Source: Lytechinus pictus
Lineage: Eukaryota
Assembly (NCBI RefSeq): GCF_037042905.1
Contig: NC_087245.1
Coordinates: forward strand, 19,284,001 to 19,348,000
Length of the DNA stretch: 64,000 bases
Reading direction: 5' to 3'
Both the position numbers and the translations under genes were made by a program. Shown here one piece after another: positions 1 through 13,531 of this stretch. The notes below the pieces were generated by a model. That model was not told the origin of the DNA. It worked only from the letters and a program-made list of their open reading frames with translations, and ran no database searches. Every line of letters starts with the position of its first letter. Within the stretch, counting starts at the first letter, position 1.

Positions 1-149
1 GTCAGGACTTCAATCGTGTTTTATTTCATCACAATACATCCTTAACATAAAAGTCCGGAAAAAAATCTGTGTTGATAAAAGGCTATTAATTAGGTTCTTC
101 ATTTGGAGGCTTGTTACAAATCTAAATATGAGTGAAATATTTGTGAAAA

Positions 150-1658
150 AGTTTTCTCAAAATATGACTTTCAAAATGGCCGCCAAAGAATTAACTGTAT
201 TTGGTACATGAAAAGTGGGAAACTAATAGTGAGCACCATAAATGCATGTAAAATATTGTTATTTGAAAATCACAATGGCCGCTACAGGCCCTTACGATAT
301 TATGCAGAATGGGAACAAATCATTTTAACAGAATTTGGCTTTGCTTGGCCAAATGGTGATGTATGAATGAAATATTGTCTGAAAACATGAACAAAAGATA
401 TCATATCTTTTTAGGTGATAAATACTGCATTTCAAAATGGCTGCATCTCCACTCAAATTCTATATTATACAATAAGGGCCTATGGTGGTCATTTTCAATT
501 TTAAAATGCAGCATTTATCTCCTTAATTACACAACATTATGATATATCTAGTTAGAAACCATGGTTTTGTCAAGCAATGCCAAATTCTGTCAATTATATG
601 TCCCAGCATGTTACAATGTACACAATGACTTTTAGGACCTATGGCAGCTATTTTGGATTTCAAAGTATAGCAATTACCTCCACGACCAATATGTGATATT
701 ATGTTTAAGACAATATTTTCACATGTTACATTTTAGTTAGGGCTTGTAGAGGTTATTTTTTATGTCAAAATAAAGTATTTATCACCTATATGGCAGAAGA
801 AATGCTATAATTAAAAAAAAAAAATGTTTTCAAATAACATTTTACTCATACAACAGGATTATAATGGATGTCATAGTCAAGCAAATTCTTACAAAAATAT
901 GTCCCTTTTCACATTGTATATAATAACATGTGAATCAGACAATATTTTACTCGTAGATCACAATTACATGCATTTTTTGTTTCTTACTCGGGTGAAAATT
1001 AGTTTCTCCATTCGCATTGTACATGATAAATATAGGGTCTATGGTGGCCATTTTGAATTTCAAAATACAGTATTTATCACATAAATGGCACACTAAGAAT
1101 TATGTTTTAGTCAGTATTCCACTCGTTTATCTTAATAATATGCATTTTTGTTGGCCCCAGTCATTGCCATTGTTCATAATACTCTTTGGGCCAGTGGCGA
1201 CTATTTTAGATATCAAAATACAGCAATGTTCCTATATATGATATGATATATCTCGTTAGTAATTTGCAAATATTACTTTGTTCATACATCGCGATTTTTG
1301 CAGTTTAGTGCTCATTTTTTGTGGAAATTAGTTTTCCCTATTCATATTGTACAAAATAGAGTATGCAATGGCATATGGCGGCCATTTTTAATATCAGGAA
1401 AAAATATTTTGTCAAAAATTAATTTTTTCAGAAAGTATTTCACTCCTGCCACACAATTTTATGATTTTCATGGGTAATTTGCATATTTTGGCGGCCATAT
1501 TGGATTTTGCCAATTTGCGGAAAATGCTCAAGGTTACACGAGTGGCATCATCCAGATTCGTAATCAGCACCCTCGAATTGACAAGAAACCATCAAAAAAT
1601 ATTGTATATATAAAAAAACAAGGTTTGGTCAATTTTCTATGGGGCCTATCCTGGACTA
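150..1658. repeat. Repeat with many AAAATGGC(C/G)GCC / GGCGGCCATTTT motifs in both orientations; probably a degenerate DNA transposon
   Basis: Motif variants near 174, 272, 435, 484, 642, 1043, 1196, 1376 and 1490; orientation switches near 450-480; ends TCCTGGACTA. Confidence 0.5.
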
Positions 1659-4600
1659 TAAGGTAACTACCATGGTAATGCTGATCAATGGCCAATCAGA
1701 ATCCAGGATTGGATGGCAAAGTTACAATAAGCGTAACAAAATAGCCACAGTGTAAATGACATAATGTGGGGTTGACTATTTTCCTCTCTCCGCCCCCTGC
1801 ATGAGCATATTGCAAAACATGTCTTCAATTCCTGGGACAAAATATACAGTATCTTCAATTTCTGAGGCATAATTCAAGAGCTCATTTCTATAACACTATG
1901 CATTGTACTATACTGTATATATAGCCCCTATGGATAAATGACTTTTTTAAATTAATAAAATATATTTCGCAAAAATCCATAAAACATAAAGTAGAGGAAT
2001 AAGAGCAATAAAGCTATATGAAACTACTTGCTATGGTCCATACCCAAGAACCACAAGACGATAGAACAGGGTTTAAAAATTTGTAAATTTAGGTGAAATC
2101 ACCTTTTACCTCTACAAATACTGTTTTTTAAGTAAAACATATGAATAGACACCAAAACCAGAGAAAAAGGCCAAAACTGTGATTTGGGGGGTTTTGGTAT
2201 TTGGCCCGGCACTTTTTTCTCGGATCGGAGACAAAAAATATTGTCATTTCATGTTGAGATACATTACAAGCAATAAATAAAAAACTGTTACCATATTAAA
2301 ATGACAAAAAAAGTTTTTTTGACCCATGTATAGCCCACTCCTAATTTAATTCCACATGTTCAGATATTAATCGTTGTATCACTTATAATAATATACAATA
2401 AAAATAGTGAGTGAATGACGTCATAATCTCATTTGCATACCATCCAGGATGTGCATATAACTATTTTATGAAATTAAGCATAACTTTCCATCAGATTTTA
2501 ATTGGGTTTTTCTCTTATTCTAATCAGCTTTTCGTTGGGGTGGACTAGTACATTATATAGTACTAAAGTGTTCATGGAAATCTATTTCTACTCAACTGAT
2601 CTATTCAGTTCCTGCTATGTAAGGCATGCTTAAAATATGTAAATCCGAACTGTTCTATTAATATCAATACAAAAATAATTATTATGAAATAAAACTTCGC
2701 GCTCACACAACCATTCTAGGTATATTTGGTCCAGTTTTCACGTCAGAATATAAAAAATTGAGCTTGTATAAATTAAATATTTGAAAATACTATCCAAATC
2801 TCATTTTAAATCAGAAAAAAAAAAAATTATGCATTACGTTTGAATTAATAAAAATAACGTCTTCAACTGACAATCGGTAAATAAATGATCCAATAGCAAA
2901 ATCTACATGTGCGTGTTATAACAGACAGGCCTATATCTGCTACCAAAAATCTACTCTTATAATTTCAGAATCCTGATACGTCACAAAGACCCCAGGTTCA
3001 ACTATATAGCTAAAAATCTTTTGTTTCTGCCAAAAGTCCTTCACTCTGCAAACCACAACAACCGGCATCATTATGATCCTCATTATTCAGTCTGCAGGTC
3101 CTTCCTGATGTGAACAAGCAACAACTGACATGATAGATCCCTCATCCAGTAGGGTAACTCTTTCAGACATCGAACCGATGAGTTACCTGAAAAACAAAAC
3201 CATAACCATTGTGAAACCATCTGACTTAGACCTACCCCTATGCACTTTATCTAAATAGAGTAATATTCACTGAGCAAAGTGTTGGAAATTCATTAAATCT
3301 GATAAAAAAGATTAACAATATTTTGTGAAAACAGTGATATTCATGTCCCCACTTTTTCATAAGTTATTACACGTATATAAAATCTCCCTTATAATAGAAT
3401 AACTAGTTGCAGCAATAAAATTTAATGTAATAAAACACAAAATAACGGACATGATCAATTTACTATTTGAATATGCATAGAACACATTCACGGAAATAAT
3501 GCAAATCTATAAGATTTAATTGTTCTTTGGTATTTCTTGTCCAATTATTGATCACTTTTTCACTATTTTGTATGTCTGATTTTTCTTTATTTGTTCAAAT
3601 TATATTATTCTCAGCCTGAAATACCCCTTTAATAAAATTAGGTTGCAAATCAATCTTAATCTCTACTCCCTTTACCATACATAAGTATCAGGTACCATGT
3701 AAAGTTGGATAGAGTGATGCACAATAGTCAAATTTTTATTTAAAAAAAAGGGAAAAAATCCATTGTGACTCGCGTGATATTTACACATTTCAACTTTTTA
3801 AAAATGATTACGCAGAAGTTGTATATCCTTCTGTGCAAAGTCGATTAATTTTCCCCCTAAATAAGTATGATGATCTCCGCCACCTAAATATCAAGTATGA
3901 AACTGATGATAGGACCAGTGAAACGAAAGTTAGATCCTCTTCAATTTAATAAGTGTTACTATACTCATTATTCATTTTAAATTAGTAAATTGAAATAATA
4001 TCGCAGGTTTAACTTCAATTATTTTATTCCAATTGACATTTCAACAATTTTTATGTATAATATACACATCAATAATATCATTTATATAGTACAAAAATTG
4101 CACATGGAGGAAGGTTTAAAAATCCAGAAAGCGGGTGTCGGGATACCTGTAAAACTATGAGTAAACAACAATTAAAAAAAGAAAGGGCAATTAAAGAGAA
4201 GGGCATAGAGAGGCGAGCAAGCAGTAAGAATAAGATAGGGCATGAACATATGATCCAAATGACCTAGGTGTATATTTAACGCATATCTTAGTAAAGCAGT
4301 TTTTTATTTTCATTGATCTGCAAATTATTGAAGAGACATTTGCTCAAAATATTATCCTGACATATTAAAGCCTATTTTTACAGGAACCTGTTAAAAGTTA
4401 CCTTACCCCTTTTCAAACTTGTCATATATTTGGAAATATCATCTTTTGGCATCCTAATTGGAGCAAAATGGAATTTTCTGCTGTATCGCAAAACCACATT
4501 TGTATTTTCTCTTGGAAAAGATACGAAGAGACACTATTCTACACATTACATGTAGACAGTGGCTGGTACATCAAAGCCTAGCTCCAACTGGGAGCTCCCA

Positions 4601-4728
4601 TTGGGAAATAGAGGCATTTCTATCACGATTTCACATATCATAATGATTACCGTGTGAAGTACAGATCGGTAGGTGCTTATCCTACTCTTTCCTCTCCAGC
4701 TGGTTTCAAGAAAAGTGGCTTTACTATA

Positions 4729-7700
4729 CAGTGCGTCCCACAAAAAACGAAACCGAGATTTAGCTATGATTTATCATAACTTAATCATAAAGACAAATGA
4801 CCTATCAATGTAAAGCTTAGAATCTCCTCTTTCATCTGATATTACTTAGATTATTCCTCATTCACGCATGAGTGAGCAAAAACAATTTGAAGAAAGGATA
4901 CCAGAAAGTCATTTGGCGGGGGGTATCAGAAATTCACATGCCTATAAAGTTCAATATCTGCTCTTTTGATACCTTAATCACAAAAAATGGTCGAAAAGTA
5001 AAAAAGTTATGTTCCCTCGATCGAAACAATGCTTGTATTTCCATAATTTCATTAAATAAACGTGTTTTCACCGGTTTCCCAAAGAAGCTATCGCACAGTT
5101 AACAAAAGACTTAAAGTATACATCCGAAGAATCAAAAGTATTTTATAATGACTTTATGTGGTCATCATTGTAAAGGGGAAGTATTACTAATCAGATATAT
5201 AACTTCACTTTTCAAAATAGTGATCAGAGTTTGCAGAAATCAGCTCTCAAAAATGATTTATTTTCATGCCATATTTCTGCCTTCCACCGGTCCTCTTGCG
5301 AGCTCCAGCTGAGTGACGTCACACAATGAGCAGTGAGCAGCTGAGCTGACAGCAGCCCATTGGAGACGATCTTTCCAATCAGCGTTTTTTGCTCTTAGAA
5401 TTGTTTATTGCTCTTAATATTGGTCTTGTTATATAGATAAAAGTTTGAATTTACTGAACAGTGAAAAAAAGTGCACATTTAACGTATTTTGGTAACCGAT
5501 ATTTAGCTTAGAATTTTTTTTTTTTTACAAGAAATATATGTGAATAAACAAAGCATATTTTCACGTAGAAATCACACTTGCGTCACATTAATGTTATAGT
5601 CAATATAAAGCATAGACATTCTTCTTTATGACTGAACAAAAATTATGAAATTTCATTAAGTAGCAAAGTCAGGAACCACAAAAAAAACACGGCAATATCC
5701 ATCGCGAAATGACTGAAATTGCAGTTGAATTGCCGAAGCATTATTAGGCAACAGCGGCGAGCGGACTTTATTTCATATATTTAAAAAATGCCATTTAGGT
5801 AGGGCAATAGTCCGTGGCCAAATGCGTTGGCCATTGTTTTGTCATGTGCGAAGACCCTGGTTCGAAACTCGGGAATTTTTTTTTTCTGGGCATTTTTTTT
5901 TTATTCCTTCCCCGTCCCTACCCATCTTTTTTTCTCTTTTTATTTTCTTGTGAAATTCTATTCAGACCTGTATTTATCAAATCTTGCTTCTTAATTGCTG
6001 CTTTTGATTTTCAAGTTCTTGATTAGATTATTTCTACTCTTATTTGGGATGGGAGGGGTAGAGTTAAAAGTCAAGTCCACATCAACTAAAAATTATTTGA
6101 ATAGAGTAATTTCCCTTGTTGTTTTTACTCAAAACAGTCATGATATGCAAATTAGAGTTGTCACTCACATCACATTCGTTTCTATTTTTTGTGGCATTTT
6201 GTTTTTTATTCTTTGCAGATTTGACGATAGGAAACTCTTCATCTGATCACAATAGGTTATATTTACGGAACTGTTAAAATAGTAATTATATAAATTTGAA
6301 TCAAAGTTTTTATGAAATTTCCTGCAATATCTTGTTATTTTTCTTTAAATTCAAATGAATTTTTGATTGCGTGGACTTCTCCTTTACTCTTAATGTAGGG
6401 AATGCATAGCAAAATTTATCCAGAAACAAAATTGTCTTAGAATATGCAAATCAGTAATTGGACACATGTTCACTTTTCTTTCATCCAGGCCACTTCCTCA
6501 CATCCACCAGGCTTTCAGTCTTATAACAAAAATGATGAACCATCACACAACAGCACACAACATTCACAGTGCTTCACAATAAATATTTCACTTCTGTTCA
6601 TACATGCAATAAATATTGTGGAAAACAAATAAAAGGCGTACCAATATTCAAATACCGTTTAAAAGGACAAATATATTATACCTTTCGAGAAAAATCAGCA
6701 CGTTAAATATCTGATAACAAAACATAATTATGGGGCACTGCAAGATTGATAAAGAAATTTTTTCTTTTGTATCATTATCAGTCCACAACTTGCAAACCGT
6801 AGGTCCTGGAAAGAGTGAAGAAAAAAATGGCTATATCCAAATCATAGTAAAAGGACATGATGGAATCTCCCAGATTGAGGTAGCAAGCAGAGACCAGAAG
6901 TCACCAGAGTCAGCAAGTGTGTAGATCTGTGTGTAGAAGAGAGATAAAAAGAAATAGTTTAAATAATCAAATCAAAGTATGAATTTAATTATCGTGATGA
7001 TTGATGACGTGCGGTGGCATATAATTCCCGGTCAACAACAAATGATAGTAGGTTAAGACACCTGAAAAGTTCCACTCAGAACACTGGTGCTCTACCTCAA
7101 GTGATGTTTGTGTAGGCCCACTCCACTTCACTACCGCTACACTACAGTACATGTACGCCACACCTACCCAGGTAGGTGTGTAGCGTAGTGTAGGCTGTAG
7201 CAGTAGTGAAGTGGAGACTACACGAATATCACTTGAGGTACGGTGCTCTCTGAGTCTCTGTGTCATTACAAAGATTGTATTTATCTTCATTGTTGAAGGC
7301 ATTATGCATGCATATATGCAGCAACACTTTAATCAGAAAGAAACACCAGACTCTAATTTTGGCCCACCCAAGGGTTCATTACATGCCGCCGCGCACAGAA
7401 AATTCAAGAGTGATTTTGGCCAGGAATCAGGGTAATCACCACTCACACGTATTGCGAGGTTAGTATTAGTATACTGGGTAATCACTGCTGAAAATTTGTC
7501 TGGCTTCATGACATCGGCATCATGGTGATATAATTCTGTGTATAATAAAAACTTAAACATTTCTCTGAAACAGCAGATTTTCAGCCATGGTCCATACCAG
7601 TACACCTAAATAATTTGAATTAATTTAATCGCCTGCCTGAATCCTGACCAGTTTTAGAAATCTGAAGAAAAAATCTGCTGGAATTGTGCAAAAACATTAT

Positions 7701-8819
7701 TTCCAAAATAAAGACTTTTTAATTTTAATAGTATACGCCAAAATGCATGATTCTAAACTTATATCAGATCTGTATCTGTCATCTGACCTGAATGCATCGT
7801 CAGAACAAGTACAGTTTCCAAACATGCTTACCTTGACTTTTGACTGGATCAAACAGCGTAACCTGCAACATGCATCGGGAGCAAGTGAATGGGACCGTGC
7901 AGCTTGGAGTTTTTCAATAGTTAGTAGAGCAACACAACGAAGACTGTCGAGTGGACAAAATCGATCTTTCCAGTTCACAATTCAATAAAAACCGGGCAAA
8001 ATAACACAGTTCTGGTTCCCTTATAGTCTGAAGTTGTCGAAAACAGAATTCGGATATCACAATACATGAAGAAAACGGTAAATTCGAAGAAAAATAGAGA
8101 CCAGGAAGGTGAATCAGCTATCACTGTACTGTACTGCTGGCTTGCACAGCTACAGAGCTAGAGAGCGGCTTAAGACCTTAACAGTCGATCATCATGTGAC
8201 GTCATTATTCTCGACTGTATTTGATCGCGGTCTTGGGGCGGCTGGGGGGCTGAGAAGGGTCTCTAATAATTTCATTTCTTGCATTTCCACGACATCAATA
8301 AGACTTTTTAGTGACATATTTGTGTATAAAAAGACAAGACCTTTCCATTCATATATAATTTGTCTATAATCATCACTTTCGTGAATTTTCTTTGGATGTA
8401 TACTTTAATGCATGGCTGATCGTCAACAAAAGTGTCGAGTGAGTTTGAACACTAGCCTGTAAAACCTCTTCATTTTATGAAATTATTGAAATTCAAGCCT
8501 TATTTCAAATAACCAGAACTTTTTTATTTCTTGACCATTTTCTGTAATAGAGGTATCAAATTAAAGAGCAGATATTGAACTTTTTAAAAATGTTGTTTTC
8601 TTTTTGAAACCCAGATACAGCCCGCCAAATGACTTTTTGGTATCCCCTCTTCAAATTGTTTTTGCTCACTCATGCGTGAATGAGAAATAATCTAAGTAAT
8701 TCCAGATGAAAGAGGAGATTCTAAGCTTTACAATGGTAGGTCATTTGTCTATTGTATTTGTGGTTTAGTTATGATAAATCATTGATAAATCTCGGTTTAG
8801 TTTTTTGTGGGACGCACTG
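4729..8819. mobile_element. Tc1/mariner-type non-autonomous element (MITE), split by a nested insertion
   Basis: TIR CAGTGCGTCCCACAAAAAAC...GTTTTTTGTGGGACGCACTG, TA target duplication, long imperfect inverted arms. Confidence 0.85.
5115..8404. mobile_element. 3.3-kb DNA transposon with TTAA target duplication (Kolobok-like), no intact transposase
   Basis: TTAA-AGTATACATCC ... GGATGTATACT-TTAA; flanks are contiguous in the sister copy near 11005-11030. Confidence 0.75.
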
Positions 8820-8829
8820 TATATATAGC

Positions 8830-9950
8830 AAAAAGTGCCCTTTTTCCTCAATGGGGCTCCAAAAAATGGAAGATTTTCCCTTAAATAGGCAAAATAAGGA
8901 AAAGGGGTGGGTGATTTTCGCAGCCCCCTGAATGGGGTAGGCTTCAATGACCCAGCACTTCTTTATGTGTACCTGATAGAGAAAAGCCTAGTCTTTCGTT
9001 CCAAAACAGTTTGATGCAATAAAAGCGGCTTGCTTTACAGCTGAACTCCAAAATGGCAGATTTTCCCATAAATAGGCAATATATGGAAAAGGGGTGGGTG
9101 ACATTAGCAGCCCCCTGAATGGGATAGGCGTTGATGACCCAGCACTTCTTTATAATTAGCTGATATAGAAAAAAACTACTCTTTCGTCTCTAAGTAGTTT
9201 CAAGACGATTTAAGTGGCTTGCTTTGCAGCGGAAACAATATTTTGCCTCAACAGAGGCTCCAAAGTGGCAGATTTTCTCATTAATAGGCAAAATTCGGAA
9301 AAGGGATGGGTAACTTCGGCAGCCCCCTGAGATAGACTTCGATGTCCCAGCACTTCTCTATATGTAGCTGGGAGAGAAAAGACTACTCTCATCTTCAAGT
9401 AGATTTAAGGCGTTTTGAATAGTACGCTTTGCAGTGTTAACAGCTTTTTGCCTCAATGGGGCCTCCGAAATGGCAGATTTTCTCATAAATAGGCAAAATA
9501 CGAAAAAGGAGTGAGTAACTTCCACAGCCCCCCGATGGGGTAGGCTCCGATTTCCTAGCACTTCTTTTTATGTAGCTGATAGAGAATGAACTACTTTTTT
9601 TGTCTCCAAGTGATTTCATGACAATAAAAGTGGCTTTACTATATTGCAGAATTTGTTTTGCCTCAATGTGGCCTCAAAATTGCAGATTTTTCCATAAATA
9701 GACAAAATAGTGAAAATTGCTGGGTGACTTCGGCAGCCCCCCTGAGCGAGTAGGCTTTACTGTGCCAGCACCTCTTTGTAACATATATATAAAAGGTTAC
9801 TCTTTTGTCTCCAAGTGGTTTCAAAAGAATAAAAGTGGGTTTACTACTAGTAGACATGCTTTTTGCCTCAATAGGGGCTTCAGAATGGCAAATTTTTAAA
9901 GAAATATGTACAAAATTCGGAAAAAGAGTGGGGCGACTTGGGGCCATTTA
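8830..9950. repeat. Tandem array of about 5.5 diverged ~208-bp units
   Basis: Motif aaatggcagatttt...aaataggcaaaat...gggtgacttcggcagcccc recurs near 8866, 9051, 9262, 9468, 9677 and 9883. Confidence 0.85.
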
Positions 9951-10694
9951 ACCCTATAGAAAGAATTCACAATTTAAAAAAAATGACAAATTTGAGTTTG
10001 AAGAAAGAAAATGGAATGTGGTTGGGACAAGATTATATCGCCAGTAAACAAGAAATTCAAATTGATTCATGCAGCGTCGGATATCAAAATAACGGCAATA
10101 CAAGATTGTGAATAGTAGCCTAAATATGGCAGTTAAAACATCTGAAATGTTTTAAAATATCTGAAATGTTTAAAAATATTGCCAAAATCTTCATTTTGTT
10201 ATGAATAACCCATATTTAATCCCGCTGTAGTTTTATAGAGTGCCTCATGATTAACATCACAAAATCACTTTATCATGTCATTTTTTTCATATCTACTTGA
10301 GATTGAAGTGGATATTGGCCTTGAGTGTACTTCTATTTTGAACGTTTGATATCTGAATTTCACATTTAAATGTTGCTGTAACCTTAGGGCTATCACCCAG
10401 CAACATTTTGATACATCAACGGCGTATTTATGATATATACAAGCGGAGATATGACAACTTACATTTCACCTTACCCTTAAAGGTTATTGATATTTTCAAC
10501 TTCTTGCTATTTTACATCGTTCTTTAAATTCGACTCTAGAAAAAAGGTGATACCACAATTTGAGACTACTACCTAGAGGGTCTATACTCACTACTTATGG
10601 TTTCAAACGTTTTCTGTGGTGTGGGTTGTACGAACTCCTTAAATAGAGCCCCTATGAGATTTAGCTACCGGTCTACAACTTTGAGGCAAAAAAA

Positions 10695-11414
10695 ATAGAC
10701 AAATAACCTATCATTAAAGTTTAGAGTCCCTCTTTCAGCTGATATAAGAGAATTCTCACCCACGCATGAGTGAGTAAAACAATTTGTAGAAAGTATACCC
10801 AAAGGTCATTTGGCTGGGGGTATCTGATTTCTCAAAAGAAAAAATCACATGCCTAAAGGTTTTAATGTCTGCTATTTAATTTGATACCTCAATCATAGAA
10901 AATCGTTTATAAATAACAAAGTTGAGATCCTTCGAAACAATGCTTGTATTTCCATGATTTTATTAAACGTTTTCACCGGTTTCCCACTGAAACTACGGCA
11001 CGGTTAACAAAAGATTTTATGCATGGGTGATCGCCAACCAAACGGAGTGTCGAGTAAGTCTGAAAACTAACCTCGAGAGCTTCTCAATTTAATGAATATT
11101 TTGGAATTCAAGCTTTATTTCAAATAAACATAACCATTTTCTGTAAGTAAGGTATCAAGCTAAAGAGGAGATACGGAACTTTTTAAAATGTGATTTTCTT
11201 TTTGAAAGTCAGGTACTGCCCGCCAAGTGACTCTTTGGTATTTTCTTCATATTGTTTTGCTCACTCATGCGTGAATGAGGAACAATCTAAGTTATTTCAA
11301 GTGAAAGAGAAGACTCTAGGTGCGACAATGATAGGTCATTTGTCTATTGTATTTGTGATTAAGTTCTGATAAATCATCGAAAAATCTCGGTTTCGTGTTT
11401 TTGTGGACGCACTG
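10695..11414. mobile_element. Second, left-truncated and uninterrupted copy of the CAGTGCGTCC MITE
   Basis: Matches 4790-5110 plus 8405-8819; ends TTGTGGACGCACTG. Confidence 0.8.
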
Positions 11415-11844
11415 AATATATTTATTAACCAAATATAAGCATTGTTACCATTAATGACACCATTAGAACCATCTACATGAATTATTTTAAAAGGCAAAGT
11501 TATTCTTTAATACAATTAATCATTCTCTTTAATCAAAGACTTCTGTAAGTTCTGAAAACGTGACTCGCGTTACAACACGAAGAAATCTGAGTGTGACTAA
11601 ACGTGACATTTTTATTCTTGTGGGTTTTTTTTATAATGAAGGGGTTTACACATGTAAATATTTTTTGGCAGGAATTATTGAGAACCCTAAAATCCTCAGA
11701 AGTAACCAACTACAATCTACTAATTCATAAGCAATCTAAAATGGACCCTTTTTGTGACTCGAGAGACACATTTTGAGGGTGTTTTCATCTGAAATATTGT
11801 CTAGCTCGTCTCATATAAAATGTTAATACCAACTTGATATTATA

Positions 11845-13531
11845 CAGTGCGTATATAAAAAAATGAACAGATTTGAAAAGTCTATACAATTTTTGTTTCA
11901 AATCATGATGTCTATATTTTGGTGTTAATAGATGCTCTGAAGTCTTATCTTTCAAATGTCATTAAAAAAAATTAGTTTCTTTCATGCTTGAGCGAACACG
12001 GAATGTGTTTGTCTGGGGTTAAAAAGGAGGCTTGCGCCAAAATGGCATAAAATGATAAATATGATCGGACTTCTTGCTAATCATCAGACTTCCTCTTATA
12101 AGCTTTTCATTATCTTTGCCATAATTTTCGATTTATGCGGTCAAAATTCATTTTAAAATCTGTTTTTTGCTTGAATTGTTCTGTTGTTGTTTATTTTTAA
12201 TATATTCTATTTTAGCTTTGAATATTCCTTCTTTAAGCAAAAACATTTTTTTTCAACCGAAGTATGGGAGAGCGTGTATTAAAAAAAATCCATTCATTGT
12301 GTGCTACAAATGTTATGAACAGTGGCATACAGATGGGCTGGGGCTCGGGGAGCTCTCCCAATAAAAAAATTAAGAAAAAAGTGGAAAGGAAATAAAAGGA
12401 TAGAAAGTGAAGTATGATTTATTTTCGAAATATTATGTCAAAATCTATTACAAAGTTGGATATTTTAATAAAAAAGTGAAAAATTTTGATTGCTCGCTCA
12501 CAACTTTTTAATACATTTTATCCGATCTGCGATATCTAGCTCCTTCAAAATTGACTCAATAATAATAATAATAATGGTGGCTACTTATATAGCGCACAGG
12601 TCCACCTTTTGGTGCTCATGGCGCTTCAAGGAAAATAAACACAAAACACAACACCAATACCACTAAAAGACCACTTGTTCACTGCAACCACCCTGCCTGT
12701 GGGGAATCTACAGGTTGGACTATGGCATGCCAATGCTGTACAGAGCACACACTTTAAAAAATGATTAATATATCACTTTTGTGACCAAAATTACTAATTT
12801 CCATACAGTTGCAATTTATTTGTCATTGTGTGTGCTCTGTACAACATTGGCATACCATAGTCCTACCTGTAGATTCCCCACAGGCAGGATGGTTGCAGTG
12901 AACAAGTGGTTATATCATAACCTTGTTCATTGAATGAGTGCTAAAAGACATGAATCCTTTCCTGTTTGTCCTGTCAAGCACATAATTAAACTTGGTCAAG
13001 GAATCAATAACCCTTTGAAAATAGTATTCATGTTTTTTAAAGGTACCATAACATAATTTGTTTCACATAATAAAAGGATTTGAATAATTACAAGTTCTCC
13101 CAATTAATAATCAAAATCTTCTTGCTTGGGTTGACAAAGTCTTCTTTTCTTACTTATGAAGGAAAATTCAAAGGTAAAAGAAGTTTAAATGAGAAAAAAA
13201 TAATTCAAGTAAATAAATTTGTAAAAGAAATTTGACAGCATAATTCGAAAATCAAAGCAGCAAAGATAATGAAAAGGTTAAGAAGAAATATGCTGATTAG
13301 TAAGAAGTCTGATCATCAAATTTATCATTTATGCCATTTTGGCGCAAGCCTCTTTTCGAACCCCCGACAAAAGCGTCCCGTGTTCGCTCAAACATGAACA
13401 AAATTTATTTTTTAAATGGCATTTTAAAGATGAGATTTCAGAGCATCTATTAACATCAAAATATAGATATCATAATTTGAAACAATTTTTTATAGACTTT
13501 TCAAAACTGTCCCGTTTTTTGATACGCACTG
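11845..13531. mobile_element. Related Tc1/mariner-type non-autonomous element with ~250-bp TIRs and internal insertions
   Basis: TA-CAGTGCGTAT ... ATACGCACTG-TA; arms ~11845-12090 and ~13285-13531 are inverted. Confidence 0.8.
12670..12910. mobile_element. Fold-back MITE with ~80-bp inverted arms
   Basis: ACCACTTGTTCACTGCAACCA...GAGCACACA inverted against TGTGTGCTC...TGGTTGCAGTGAACAAGTGGT. Confidence 0.8.

Noticed and set aside
8830..9950. CRISPR-like array
   Set aside because: The whole unit is repeated with no unique spacers; eukaryotic context and no cas genes
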